This document shows, in pieces, positions 39,827-55,018 of a stretch of 64,000 nt of DNA. Position 1 is the stretch's first letter, and every line of letters begins with the position of its first letter. The translations under genes were made by a program, and so were the position numbers. The DNA is from Azolla caroliniana. Taxonomy: Eukaryota; Plantae; Polypodiophyta. The DNA lies in contig JBHGNT010000152.1 in the NCBI GenBank assembly GCA_043228905.1, positions 558 to 64,557 of the forward strand, written 5' to 3'. The notes under the pieces are model-generated. The model was not told where the DNA came from. It searched no databases and was given only the letters and a program-made list of their open reading frames with translations.

Positions 39827-40834
39827 GAGAGTATTGCCGTCCCTTCCGTTTCGAAGAATTGTTCCTTATTCTCAACGCCGGCCGGCCGCATACGTACTGG
39901 CCGCGTTGAACTAAGGTTTGTTCTGACTAGTTGCCTTCGCGGCTCGGCCAGGTTTCTGGCATTCCTCCCTCGCTACTATGCGACCTCTGAGACCGCGCAT
40001 CGTTTACTAGACAATGCGAAGCGGTTACTTCCCGTGGTTGCTCTCTTTTCGTGTCTTTGCCTTTCGAGGACGGAGTAAGCGCTACGCACTTCCCTGCTTC
40101 GCCCCGTCAGAGCACCCAATGGTTACAGGTCTTTGCGCACCTGCTCGATTGTTTAAGTCAGTTCCTATGCTGGAATTACTTGTGGCTGGCTGTCCGGCAA
40201 CCTTGACCGCTTCATGTGGAAGTCAAGGCTTTCGCCCAAACTGGGCCCTGGATTACTCCGCCACACACATACTGACGTATTCTGTTCGGGATACGTAGCC
40301 CTTACTCAGGCAGTAGGTACGTACCAAGTGAGTCAATCTAACCTTTCTCGCATCAGCTGAGAGACACCACCGAGGAGGGCTAAGCCGTCCTTCCTTCGGG
40401 GACCGGGGAAACCGCTTTGCCCGGCTTCGCCCCTTTCCGACTAACTGCTCGCGAACTCGATGGATTATTAGCCCAAGATGTTGTATTGGCCCGCCGTATA
40501 TACTTCCAAGTCAAACATCTATGTTGGTTGTAGAAGGGTATTCTTCCGGAAAGAAAACGAGCCTCGCACGGCGCACCGTAGATGTAATTACCAGAACCAT
40601 TACAGAAAGAAAGAAATTAGCACTTGGAGGTGGAATAGGTTCTTTTAAAATTGATTTCAAACCATCCGCTAAGAGTTATAACAACCCAGATGATCCCACC
40701 ACATTAAGACCCTTTCAACGTTACATGGAAGCCATGACTTTACGTTCGACTGACACTGGAAAGACTACTCCTGGTAAAAGTAATATGATGATTCCAAAGA
40801 TTTTAGCTAGGAGACGAAGGATATACGGCTTCGT
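36006..40834 (-). CDS. nad1: NADH dehydrogenase subunit 1, IR copy (4 exons, 3 group II introns)
   Basis: Exons 40577-40834, 39576-39711, 37726-38059, 36006-36267. Confidence 0.96.
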
Positions 40835-41341
40835 TTCGTCAACTAAGATAGGTTTCAAGAAAATGCCTTCAAAGCAGCATTAGAGGGACTTGCGTTGGCT
40901 TTCTTTGCCAACACAAGGTCTGTTCTTGATATTTATGGCAGTTCTTTCTTTCGTTGGCCGTTAGCGGCGGAAAAAAGTAGTCAATGAAATAATGTCACTT
41001 GATAGGCCTCTGACAACGACGTTGCCGACAACCAACCTCTTGAGAAAGGTAGTAAGGATCAAGGTGTGGATGATGTTATTGATGTTGCGACCCAGACCGA
41101 CATGGATGGTATTGATGTAGGAGTTCAGACGGATATCTTATTATACCAGCAGGTGCAACTACTCAATTTATTGAATTCTTACCGGGCCGTAAAGAGCAGC
41201 TCGGCATTGAGGGAAAGCAGGAACCCACCCCACGAGTTTCCTTGAACAGTCTGCAGGAATTGACAGAAAATCTTGTAGATAGAATGGCCGCCTTGACTTC
41301 CGAGGCTCGATGAAACGGGCTGGCTGCTATGAAACTGCCCA

Positions 41342-41414
41342 ACCTACTTAACTCAGGGGTTAGAGTATCGCTTTCATACGGCGAAAGTCATTGGTTCGAA
41401 TCCAGTAGTAGGTA
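41342..41414 (+). tRNA. trnM(CAU): tRNA-Met(CAU), plastid-like, IR copy
   Basis: Copy of 6427-6499. Confidence 0.9.
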
Positions 41415-42120
41415 ACTTGATTTTTCATGCATGGTTTCACTAACCAAGTACCGAGTTCCGTGTTTTCCAGCTTGCATTCGTCGTGAGCCAGAGCCAGTCC
41501 TTTGTCGATGGAAGACTCGCGGATGAAGCGGTTCATTGCTGCTGCTTTCGTTCCGATACAAATTAGATAGACCGAGCACTATACATGCCGCTATTGCTTC
41601 TATGAAATAAAGTAAATGGGGGGAAGGTCGACCCGCTTTCTACCAGGCGTGCGGAAAGCGATGAAAACCTAACTAAACTAAAGGTCCAATTTTCTGGCTG
41701 CCTTATGGTTGAAGCAATGTTCGGTGGCCCGGCGACTAGTGGATGTGGGACGTGTAACTATCCGATTCTGAAACGAACGCCGATGGTCTCATTGACCCAA
41801 TTTACCGAGAGAGAATTCCGCTAACCATCGTAAGGTGATTAGGTCTGCTGGTTTTCATCGGGGCGGTCCTATGAGATGATTAGAGTGTATCTCATCACAT
41901 TCCAGATCTATCAAATAATCGATTGTAAAAGAGTAATGGATACGGAGAGTTTGACTCATTGAGAGTAGGGCGCAGAAAGTCAAGTCTTGCGATACTTCTC
42001 AAGCCAGCCCTTCGTGGTGCCTGACGGAATTGTCTAAAGCTGTTCTCGGCTCTGGTAACAGAGTTCGCTCCGAAGCTGTCTTGGCTTTTTTTTTGGCCCT
42101 CACCGCCTCATGAAGACGAA

Positions 42121-42315
42121 TGAATGGGCCGCATAGATATTCTTCTGCTAATCTTCTCGAAAGCGGCGCAGTAGTAGCATCTAGGTGTGCAAATGGTTGT
42201 AGCGGGGGCTAGGTCAGTCAGATCATCCGCAGGTGCGCTTGAATGGAAGTTATTGATCTGGAATTCTTTCCTATAGAGACCTGGCCGGCCGGGAAGAACC
42301 AGTTGATAACCCACG

Positions 42316-42348
<33 letters not shown>

Positions 42349-42516
42349 ACGGCCGAAGAAGCGGTTTTCATCGGCATTCTACCTGCCAAAAAGAAAGCAG
42401 AGACTTCTGATTCCGCGATTTTGGGCGAAGCGGAAGATGTTGTCAATGAATAAAGGTACAGCTTGCTCGTTGACATCTCGGAAATATTCTGCCATTGTTG
42501 GGGCTAGGTTGAGCCA
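42121..42516 (-). pseudogene. atpB: Plastid atpB fragment, IR copy
   Basis: Copy of 5325-5720. Confidence 0.88.
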
Positions 42517-42616
42517 ACTCTCATACGAGCTCTTCAACAGAGCTAGTCCGAAAAATTGATAAACGTTAAGAACAACCCTCTTTCATGCATGTTGGAACAA
42601 AACCCTTCAATTCATC

Positions 42617-42664
42617 ACGGCTTACAGTCTACCGGAATAACCTGCCATTATTCTATCGATTTCC
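42617..42664 (+). pseudogene. atp6: First 16 codons of atp6 captured at the IR border
   Basis: ACG GCT TAC AGT CTA CCG GAA TAA ... ATT TCC, followed immediately by TAA and accD-like DNA. Confidence 0.85.
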
Positions 42665-43215
42665 TAATGGATGAAGACATGACTGCATGAGATGTTCCAA
42701 GTTTCTCCGCCGCATGAACCGCCCCGCCGCTGAGGATTCTCATCAGAATCGTATTACTGCTTCCCAGAGAAGAACAGGTTTAACTGATGCTGTTCAAACA
42801 GGTATAGAATATTTCAATGGGGTATAGTATAGCGCTTGGTGTCATGGACTTTTAATTCATGGGAGGTAGTATGGGTTCCGTTTTAGGTAAGAAGATCACT
42901 CGCTTAATTGAATATGCCACGGATAAGTCTTTGCTAATAATCATTGTCTGTGCTTTCGAAGGGGCACGTATGCAAGAAGGGACGTTGAGCCTAATGCAAA
43001 TGGCCGAGATTTCCGCCGCGCCGGCCGTCAAGCCGTTCTACAGATCCATCAAGTTCAGAGAAGATTATTCTATATATCAGTTCCCACCTATCTAACTACG
43101 AGTGGTGCTACTGCTAGTTTTGGTATGTTAGGGACATAATTATCGCTGAGTCCGAGGCATACATAGCATCTGCTGGGAAAAGGGTAATTGAATAAACGTT
43201 ACGTCAAAAGATATC
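42665..43215 (+). pseudogene. accD: Plastid-derived accD fragment
   Basis: MDEDM...EDSHQNRITASQRRTGLTDAVQTGI...[25 protein letters not shown]...[15 protein letters not shown]...ASFGMLG.IIAE; frameshifted. Confidence 0.9.
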
Positions 43216-43360
43216 GGAAGCTTATCCTTCAGGGTAGGCGAAGCGTCATCCGTGCAGTCCCGGGGAAGTACTGGACCAATGGGATTTCTAAAGGACCAAT
43301 CCTAGTACAGGGTGGTAGCGATTCCCATAGAGATCAATAAAAATGAGTTTTCTTTTGCAA

Positions 43361-43460
43361 AGCAAAAAGCACTAAGGGTCATATGATCATCTTATTGAGA
43401 AGAAAAGCAAAAAGCACTAAGGGTTATATGACCATCTTATTGAGAAGAAAAGCAAAAAGC
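43361..43460 (+). repeat. 45-bp tandem repeat (about 2.2 copies)
   Basis: Unit AGCAAAAAGCACTAAGGGTYATATGAYCATCTTATTGAGAAGAAA. Confidence 0.85.
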
Positions 43461-44585
43461 TATAAATACAAGAAAAGAAGGGAATCTCACGAAACAGATT
43501 AGATAAAACATGGACATTATCAAAAAGTTTACAGAACGAACTGGAAAGAATACAGAACAAATTGGAAAGATTACAGCAGGCAGGCAGGCAGGCAGGCAGG
43601 CAGTTTGACGAAGACATTATCATAAACTTAGTTCGTTTACAGAATGAATTGCACGAGGATTCATCATGGCGATTCTTCGAGAGAACGACGCGGAGCTGTT
43701 ACCGTTCTTTTCCGTAAAAACTTTTCTTCTGTTCTTGTCATTTTCGATCCTATAATACTTCGGGGCAGGGTCCGCCCCCGAAATTTAGTTGTATCAACCT
43801 AACCTTCTGCGCTAAACTAAATTAGAGCAACGAAAGTTGGTTGCTTTAGGCGAGCAACCTTGCCTTATTCTCTATCGGAGCGGGTCTTCCCCCGACAGCA
43901 AGCAATTGTCCGTCGCATACATAAATGAATATCGATATTACCACAAAATACAAAAAAGAAAAGAAGAATGCAATGAAATTGCTGATATTGTCCAAATAAA
44001 AAAAAGCACTAAGGCATATTTGGTTTGGTCATCTTTAGAGAATAATTCAGCTGGCAGTAGCTGAACTTTACCTAGTTGGTTGCTTTAGGGGATTAATTCC
44101 CTTATTCTCTATCGGAGCGGGTCTTCCCCCGAGAGCAAATGTCCGCCCCCTTTCCCCTCCGAGATTATGAGAAATGTTTCCCTTGCAAATATCAAGAAAT
44201 TGAGTTGGTCGGCTCCTCCCAGGGCGGGCGGGGTCCATCTCCATCATCTGCAACACAAGAGAAGATCTCATATCTCTCTTCAACGGTGCTCCTGTCTCGT
44301 CTAAGGTAAGTCCTATAACCACCAAACCTTGTGCTCTCCCCTTCGCTATCACGTCTCTGTATCCTTTAGAGCGTATAGAATCCTCCAACATGTCACCAAA
44401 CAAAATGTAGGTCAGGGGCTCTATAAAAATAGGATTGCTATCGCTGCCGCTTCTTCCTATAATAAGAGTTAGGGTGTACGTAAAGTTTAGGAAATGTCGG
44501 CTTAACGTTTTGCAAATTCAGAGGCGGCTCAAGTAACAAGAGTCAAAGAATGTATATGATACTAACCGTACATTTTTTTTGTTGG

Positions 44586-44646
44586 TGGCTCAGCGCGCGC
44601 TGTTAACCGCTTCATCCGCGATTGGTCTACGGTTCAAATCCTGCTT
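44586..44646 (+). pseudogene. trnN(GUU): Disrupted plastid-like trnN(GUU)
   Basis: TGGCTCAGC..CTGTTAACC[GCTTCATCCGC]GATTGGTCTACGGTTCAAATCCTGCTT versus plastid trnN CTGTTAACCGATTGGTCGTAGGTTCGAATCCTACTT. D-arm truncated, 11-nt insertion. Confidence 0.6.
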
Positions 44647-44969
44647 CCGCGGATGAAGCGGGGAGATTTACCCATTTCCGGAAGAAGCCGGCCGAAGAAA
44701 AGAAGCGGTTTTCATCATGCGGAAGCGGAAGCGGAAGCGGAAGCGGAAGCGGAAGCGGAAGAAGCGGTTGTCTTTCACTCATATGCCAAATCAAATCACG
44801 TTGGACTATAGCCCATCAATCAGTGAAGAATGAACTATCGTGCTTATTTCAAGCAAGCTCCAATAATTGATGAAAGAACCCATAGGTTGGTTTCCCGAGT
44901 CACGCATCGCAATATACTGGGCTTTCTAGTTCGGGGTTTAGCGATTTGCAATGTAACTTTTTGGGAATT

Positions 44970-45300
44970 CGTTTTGGCGTGGGTTACTGGACATGCTAGT
45001 TTGATGTATCCCATTCGATATCTTCGAACCCGAGAGTCGGTAAACTTGACTCCACAATGCTTACGAGAATTGGAATATTCTTCTTCATTATCGACAGATC
45101 GGTAGTTTCCGCCCCCGAATATTCTTTCACGAAATGAACCATCTTTCTCTGGTTTATGAGTCTTGTAATGCAACGTAGAAGGTTAATCAACTTGCCCAGG
45201 TCTCCATTCCATTAGGTAACTCTCTTTCGGCCCAACTGCGAATCTGTTCAGGAGAGGACAGTCCATCGTAAACAGCCATCCTTGATTATTCACGATGATC
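44970..45300 (-). pseudogene. rpoC1: Plastid-derived rpoC1 5' fragment
   Basis: GLSSPEQIRSWAERELPNG...[20 protein letters not shown]...[26 protein letters not shown]. Confidence 0.9.
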
Positions 45301-46340
45301 TTTCTAAACAAGCCCAAGCTTATCGACAAATCTCTCTGTTACTAAGAAGACCATCTAGCAAGAAGCATATCCGGGAGATGTTTTTCATTTACATTCTTGT
45401 CTTTTGGAAAGAGCGGCTAAATCAAGTCTCCAATTAGGTGAAGGTAGTATGACGGCTCTATCCATTGTTGCGGAAATGGAAGGGAAGAGAAAGCTTGTTC
45501 GCTTAAAGACTTCTATAAAGGGATATAAAGGGCGGGCAACCGAGACTTCTATTTACCCTTTTCTTAGCCTGACAAAACGCACTTCAGGAAAGGGGAATTG
45601 ACCTTTCAAACCTCCCTTCCGCCGCGAAGGCGCTTTAGCGTAGTGACCTCCCTTCCTTCCCTCCAATAAATCCCTTTATAAATAGAAAAAGGTGGAATTT
45701 CATACTCTAATAGTAAGAATAAGTGTTCAGTAGGATCAAAACCACGAGCAAAAAGAAAGCGCACAGAAGCCTTGAGAGGAAAGGAAAGGAAAGGAAAGGA
45801 AAGGAAAGGAAAGGAAAGGAAAGGAAAGGAAAGGCGGTATCCTTGAGTAAAGGCGGAGAGTAGGTGCGAGCATTGAAGCTCAGGTTGGAACAAGAACTGG
45901 TCTTATTCTTTGTCGTCTTTCGGAGTATAGAAAGTTCGCGAAAGAGAGCCAATCCCTGATTACGTGTTTATAAAGAAACGGGGTACCGTCGTGCGTGGGG
46001 AGAATGCCGCCCGCCCTTCCGCGACGCTTACGTCTCCAATTAAGATCCCGCGTGCGTACAGGGAAGGGAAGGGAAGGGAAGGGAAGGGAAATCTGAAAAA
46101 CAAATATTACCCAAAAACCTATCCACAGGGGGCAGGCTGTCCACCACACTTTACGCGAAATTTCCATAATTTGGTTTTGCGCTATTCTCGAGCCACTCGT
46201 CCGGAGCAGGTAGGCCACACCATTTGCTCAGGGTTGGTGCTAAGATCGGACAGATAGAGAGCTCTGTGGCTCTAGCTCAAAGAGGTTTCGGGTTTTAGTT
46301 GCATCTAGCGCATAATTGAGATTTGAACCTAATAATTCGC

Positions 46341-46414
46341 TGTTTAGGAGTGGATTTGAACCACTGACCCAAGGATTTTCAGTCCTTTGCTCTAACCAAC
46401 TGAGCTACCTAAAC
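46341..46414 (-). tRNA. trnF(GAA): tRNA-Phe(GAA)
   Basis: GTTTAGGTAGCTCAGTTGGTTAGAGCAAAGGACTGAAAATCCTTGGGTCAGTGGTTCAAATCCACTCCTAAACA. Confidence 0.94.
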
Positions 46415-46559
46415 CATGAGAGGAGTCACTACCAACTATTACTACGTCGTCATTGCCCTCTTTGGTCAGAGAAGTAGCCAATTTCTTTTGCATCTCTTAG
46501 TGATTGGAGATCGTATGCGCTACGCAGGCCATCTTCAGTAATGTTTTTTGGTTGATTGA

Positions 46560-50336
<3,777 letters not shown>

Positions 50337-50983
50337 TCCCTTTCTCTTCCGTCGAATCCCTTTCCTCGGCACTTTATACCCAGGGCAGTCTCCTGCATTC
50401 ATGGCAGTTCCTAGCAAGAAAGAGATGGGAAAGGGAAGTAACCTCACGACGAGGTGAACCATGTCATTGATATAGAGGGGAGGGATCGGACCTTCCCCCA
50501 GTGTTGGTTTGCATTATAAAGAAAGTAAGTTTTGACAGAATAGACTGGGTGAATGAAGCGCTAAAGCCGTGTATCCGTAGCTATGCAGAGACGGAGAGAA
50601 ATAGATATATACAACTGAAAGGTGAGGGACTACGCGGAGGGAGGGCATCCACATAGCTCTAAATCATAGGATCAAATTCCAGAGTGAGCCCCGCAGTGCA
50701 ACTACCTTTCGCGGAGCCGACTCTTTCGATCGATTGGCAAAAAAAAATGGATATTTGTCGTATGGAGAAATTGGATGAACGAATAGACGAGTAAGGTATT
50801 AACTAAACTGCAATTATTCTAATTTGAGTCGACTTTTTCCATTCCATCTCCCCGCTTCGCTGCTCTATTCGGGTTTATTCCTTCGCCTTGCTCGAGCCAA
50901 GCCTTCCATGACCTGCTGGGCTGTAGGACCAATCCAAACCTTCTGACGTTGGTGAGTAGAGACAAATAGCTCTATGGTGGTAT

Positions 50984-51430
50984 TTAGACACGACGTTTTT
51001 TAGGGGGTCAGCATCCATTATGTAGCATTGGGATTACGTCGTGAATTCTGATAGTAACAGGACCTCCCTCTTTTGAACTTTTCGGCGAAAATCCCTTTCT
51101 TACAAGACCAATTCCTTTTATTTTCACTTCAACTGACCTAATTTCGGGTTAAGTGGCAGCTTACGCGACACGTTCCGCAGTTGCTTAAGCTGCATACTTG
51201 TCCGAGCGACGGAAACCCTTAAACCCTCTTGAACAACCTGAGGAGGACCCTGTTCTTTCATCTCCCTTGCAATTTATTATGATAATGAAAGTATTACTAA
51301 AAGTTGGTTAAGTATGGGCAATACCGTGGTGCTTTCTTGGCTTTTAGTGGTGTTTTCCCCATTTCTGTTAGCGGCGCGGCTACTATTACTAGTGTTCAGA
51401 AGGCTGCTTTTACATAATTGTATTCTTCAT
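50984..51430 (-). CDS. rps11: Ribosomal protein S11, editing-dependent
   Basis: HGIAHT*PTFSNT...GFKGFRRSDKYAA*ATAE...HNGC*PPKKRRV-TAA. In-frame ATGs at 51430 and 51415. Confidence 0.88.
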
Positions 51431-51432
51431 TT

Positions 51433-51876
51433 CTATTCCTTCGGTTTCGTTTTCTTCCTGGCGTCTTGCCTTCTCTCATTTTTGTGAATGAAAAACGAAT
51501 TATTCTTCTTTCGTTGATTGATTGAAACTTTTCTTGACTTGCGACAGATCTTAACATTGCTGTAGGTTCATTAACCACGTAATGGCAATCCTGCTTTGTG
51601 ACGGAATCCGCGGTAACGGCTGATATTAATTAATCATTTGATATATTACTAAATTTCTCTCTTTAATTCCGAATCAACTAGGAAATTGTTTCAACGTACT
51701 ATTATGCTAATCTGGTCAATTTAGTGCCGAGTCAGATTACTAACCTTAGTGTTATCGCCGGGACCTGATTAATCACAAACCCAAGTGGCTTTTTTGGGTC
51801 CAGTTCCGGAGATTTAGGTTGAGGCAAGTCTGACTTATTTATTGGAAACTGATTTGGTTCCTGGAATATATGACGC
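51433..51876 (-). CDS. rps13: Ribosomal protein S13, editing-dependent
   Basis: GCG at the start position, then SYIPGTKSVSNK*VRLA...GTGPKKA...YRGFRHKAGLPLRG**TYSNVK. True stop may be an edited CAA/CGA near 51511-51516. Confidence 0.88.
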
Positions 51877-51879
51877 GAT

Positions 51880-52179
51880 TTGTTTCTTTTCTCCTTGTTT
51901 TCTACGTATAATTTCATTTCAATATTTTATACCTCTTCCTTTATGAACTTCAGGGGGTTTACAATTTTTGACGCTAACAGCGGATTAAGTAACTTTTCAG
52001 GGATCCGTTCCGGTACAACGAGTGATATTATGTTTCAAGCGGAAAACACAAACCGAAGGCGTGACCTAGAGTCAAATCTCATAGCTGAACCCTAGTTTTG
52101 AATCTGAAACAGAGCCTTATGGGTTAGTACTGACTTTGTATCCAATTGTTTACGAAGAACAAACGGATTAAGCTTCCGT
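51880..52179 (-). CDS. rpl6: Ribosomal protein L6, editing-dependent
   Basis: ACG start (M)EA...IGYKVSTNP*GS...KLGFSYEI...CKPPEVHKGRGIKY*NEI.RRKQGEKK then CAA (edited stop); 300 nt. Confidence 0.9.
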
Positions 52180-52922
52180 AGACTTGACTTGATTTCGTTG
52201 TGGCTTCTTGTTCCGTTCTCGATATTCATGGCAGTTTTTTTGTTTGCGCTGGGATTACAGTATAATAATGAAAAGGTAGCTGCTTTCTTTGTCGACGCTT
52301 TGCGCTCAGCGGACGGAATGCGGGAAGACAGGTGCGTGCGTGCCGTGCCGTGCCGTGCCGTGCCGTGCCGTGCCGTGCCGCCGAAGGGGAGCAAGCTGCG
52401 AAACAGGGCGGGAAGCAGCCTAGTAGAGTAGTTGGATTGTTCATGCACTCACATGAACCCATTACTCGAGATATTTCGAAAGTGACGCCCAAAACTGAAA
52501 CTCCTTACCTAGCACCAGTAACAGTCAATCCGTAACATTGCAGGATAATAAGCTGGGACCCGGAGATTCGTCTTTGGGTCGTAAAGGCGGCCAAAGCCAG
52601 CCACTAAGCAACGCTCTTTCAATGCTTTACGTTCGTTTTCCGGGCGAAGTCTGGTCTGATCTTACGACCTTCTAAGCTAAGCGTTAGATTTTACTAGCCT
52701 CTGTTCGGTCTGTAAGGTCAACTTGTGCCTGTAGCTCGAGCACCAAACTTCGAATCCGGGATAGTTCGAATCTCTCCGGGCATGGACCTATCGATGAGTC
52801 ATCGAAGTCTCAAGTCAATAGTTCCAAGGGAACCGCAATGAAGTCTTCATTGCGGTTCTTCCCCCGAAAGCTATAGCGCTTTCTCTACGGGGGAAGAACC
52901 GCACTCGGCTCTGGTTCCGCTG

Positions 52923-52994
52923 GCGGAAATAGCTTAATGGTAGAGTATAGCCTTGCCAAGGCTGGAGTTGAGGGTTCGAGTCCCTTTTTCCGCT
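52923..52994 (+). tRNA. trnG(GCC): tRNA-Gly(GCC)
   Basis: GCGGAAATAGCTTAATGGTAGAGTATAGCCTTGCCAAGGCTGGAGTTGAGGGTTCGAGTCCCTTTTTCCGCT. Confidence 0.94.
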
Positions 52995-54253
52995 TGCAGA
53001 ATTGCGTCTTACGGTCACGCGAAATTGACTAGAGAAACAGTCTGAATTACTCCTGTGCGGTTCCTCCGGGATGAACCGGCGGGCGCGTGAAAAGTGGCGA
53101 TTTGATTGATTCCCGCCCGAACCAACCGCGATACAATCATGGCCATAGACAACGCCAAGCAGTTGCAGCTCCTCAACGGTTGAAAGGATACGAAGCGATC
53201 AGCTAGCGTTCGTACTTCGAGAATACAAAGCAAAGCCTCGATTACCACAGCTGCAATAAGCGAAGAGAATACGATACGATCAGCACGAAGCGGGGATTCC
53301 CAATCTCAGTGAACATCGGTACCAACTATGCCTACAGCGGCAGCGTAGCAAACCTTTGGGTTCGGGACTGGTTGCAGCAAGTACCATAGGGACTGATTGC
53401 AGCAGGTACCGGACTAGTGCTTCGGGACCGATCTAGGACCACAGGGATTGGATTCCGTAGGGATAGCTTCATATCCTCCTTGCCGTATAGATATCACCTA
53501 GCGAACTCCAGGGACTGATCGAACCCACCGGTACCTACGGGTTATCATTCTCGAAGTTGTTTTCTCTGCAAGAATAGGCCGCAGCCTATGCTATCTGTAC
53601 GGCTACTTCTCTGCCGGCCTTTGATCAGAAGCAAGTGAAAGAGACCGGCCATTCTATAACCGAAATTCTTTTCTGCTGCACTGGTTCATCGGGCCGCCTC
53701 GACTAACGGCAGCATGAAGGCCGTTTATCCGCCAAAAAAGTGGTGCCGTGGCGAAGTCAATAAAACAGCGCAATGAGTGAGATTGCCCGTTATCCGCCTC
53801 ACAGACAGCGGAAAGGCCTTCACCTGCGCTAATAAAACTTAGCAGCAAGCAAGTTCTTCCGCATCCGCAAGAAGGGGGCAAGCAAGCAAGCAAGCAAGCA
53901 AGCAATTTGCGCAGCTAGGTTGGGCGGTTCTCTGTCTGCGTAGAGGGCATAATCCGTGTTTGGCTATCGACTCAAATTACAAGTGGTGACGGCTAAACTG
54001 TACAGTCATGCCGTAAATCACTATCCTTCACCGTTTCCCTGGCTGGAACGAAAGTTTATAGAAAGAAAGCCAAAATTAATTAATATTGGAGTAGCCATGG
54101 TTGATTGCAATGAGAGTGATTATACGCGACCTGGAGTTGAGTTCGAACATGTATGCAATAAGGTGCTAAAGTACTTGGTTGGCTTGAAGATAAGTATATC
54201 GTAGAACTTGTTAACAATCCATTGGGCTACTTTAGAGAAAGTGAATTTATTTA

Positions 54254-54375
54254 GGAGGAGGCGAAGGACGCACGAAAGGAGGTAGACTTTTGGTGTTACT
54301 TTAGGGAAAGCCCATCAGTTCGGTTCCTAATAAACATTCACTCGTTACGGGATTCCGGGCGTCAAGGTGTGGATT
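54254..54375 (+). pseudogene. Mosaic of rpl2 3' and rps3 3' fragments
   Basis: 54254-54314 matches 22014-22074 (1 mismatch); 54336-54375 matches 25929-25968 (2 mismatches). Confidence 0.8.
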
Positions 54376-55018
54376 TTACTTCATTAAAAGGAAACCGACC
54401 ATTCTTTCTCATGAGAACCCATATATCATCCAGGGCGAAAGTCTTATGTAGTGTCTTGCTAAAATACCTTGGCGTTGTGAAGGATTTTTTTCTTTACAAT
54501 CACTAGTTTAATAGGAAATAACTTTATTCTTTTTCTTTTCTAAGCTGTTTTTGTTACGAACCAATCTGTTGCTTACTGCCTGCGCGGATACGGGCCTTCG
54601 AGCAAGCAGTGAACGCAGCACCAGTCAATTCCTCGCCGCCGGCTTCACCCGGATGAACCGCTTTCAGGCACGACTTACGGGCAGAGAGTTTCTACACCAT
54701 CCTCTAGGGCCCATATCCGCTCGCGAGGACCGACCTGGAAAATCAGTACAAGTTCTTCAAAGATATTTTAGCAAGGGACAAACTAAATCCTCAGGTCGGG
54801 TGGGATGGCACTACTGGCAAATACTGTCTGGCAAAGACGCAGGCGCGAAGCGTGGTAGGCCCGCTAGCGTTTTTTTTGCTTGCCGAAAGCATACAAGAAA
54901 AGCCGGGTATATACGGGAACCGACTCCTTGTTGTTTTTGCAACCATAGGAACTGCCATGAATGCAGGAGACTGCCCTAGGTATAAAGCACCGAGGAAAAG
55001 AAACAGATTGGATAAGAC

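Larger units (their letters stand above)
31011..42664 (-). repeat. Large inverted repeat, arm B (11,654 bp)
   Basis: Reverse complement of 5177-16830. Confidence 0.97.

Noticed and set aside
53000-53650. Possible bacterial (e.g. rickettsial) insert
   Set aside because: Such inserts are known in fern mitogenomes, but I could not recognise any bacterial gene here.
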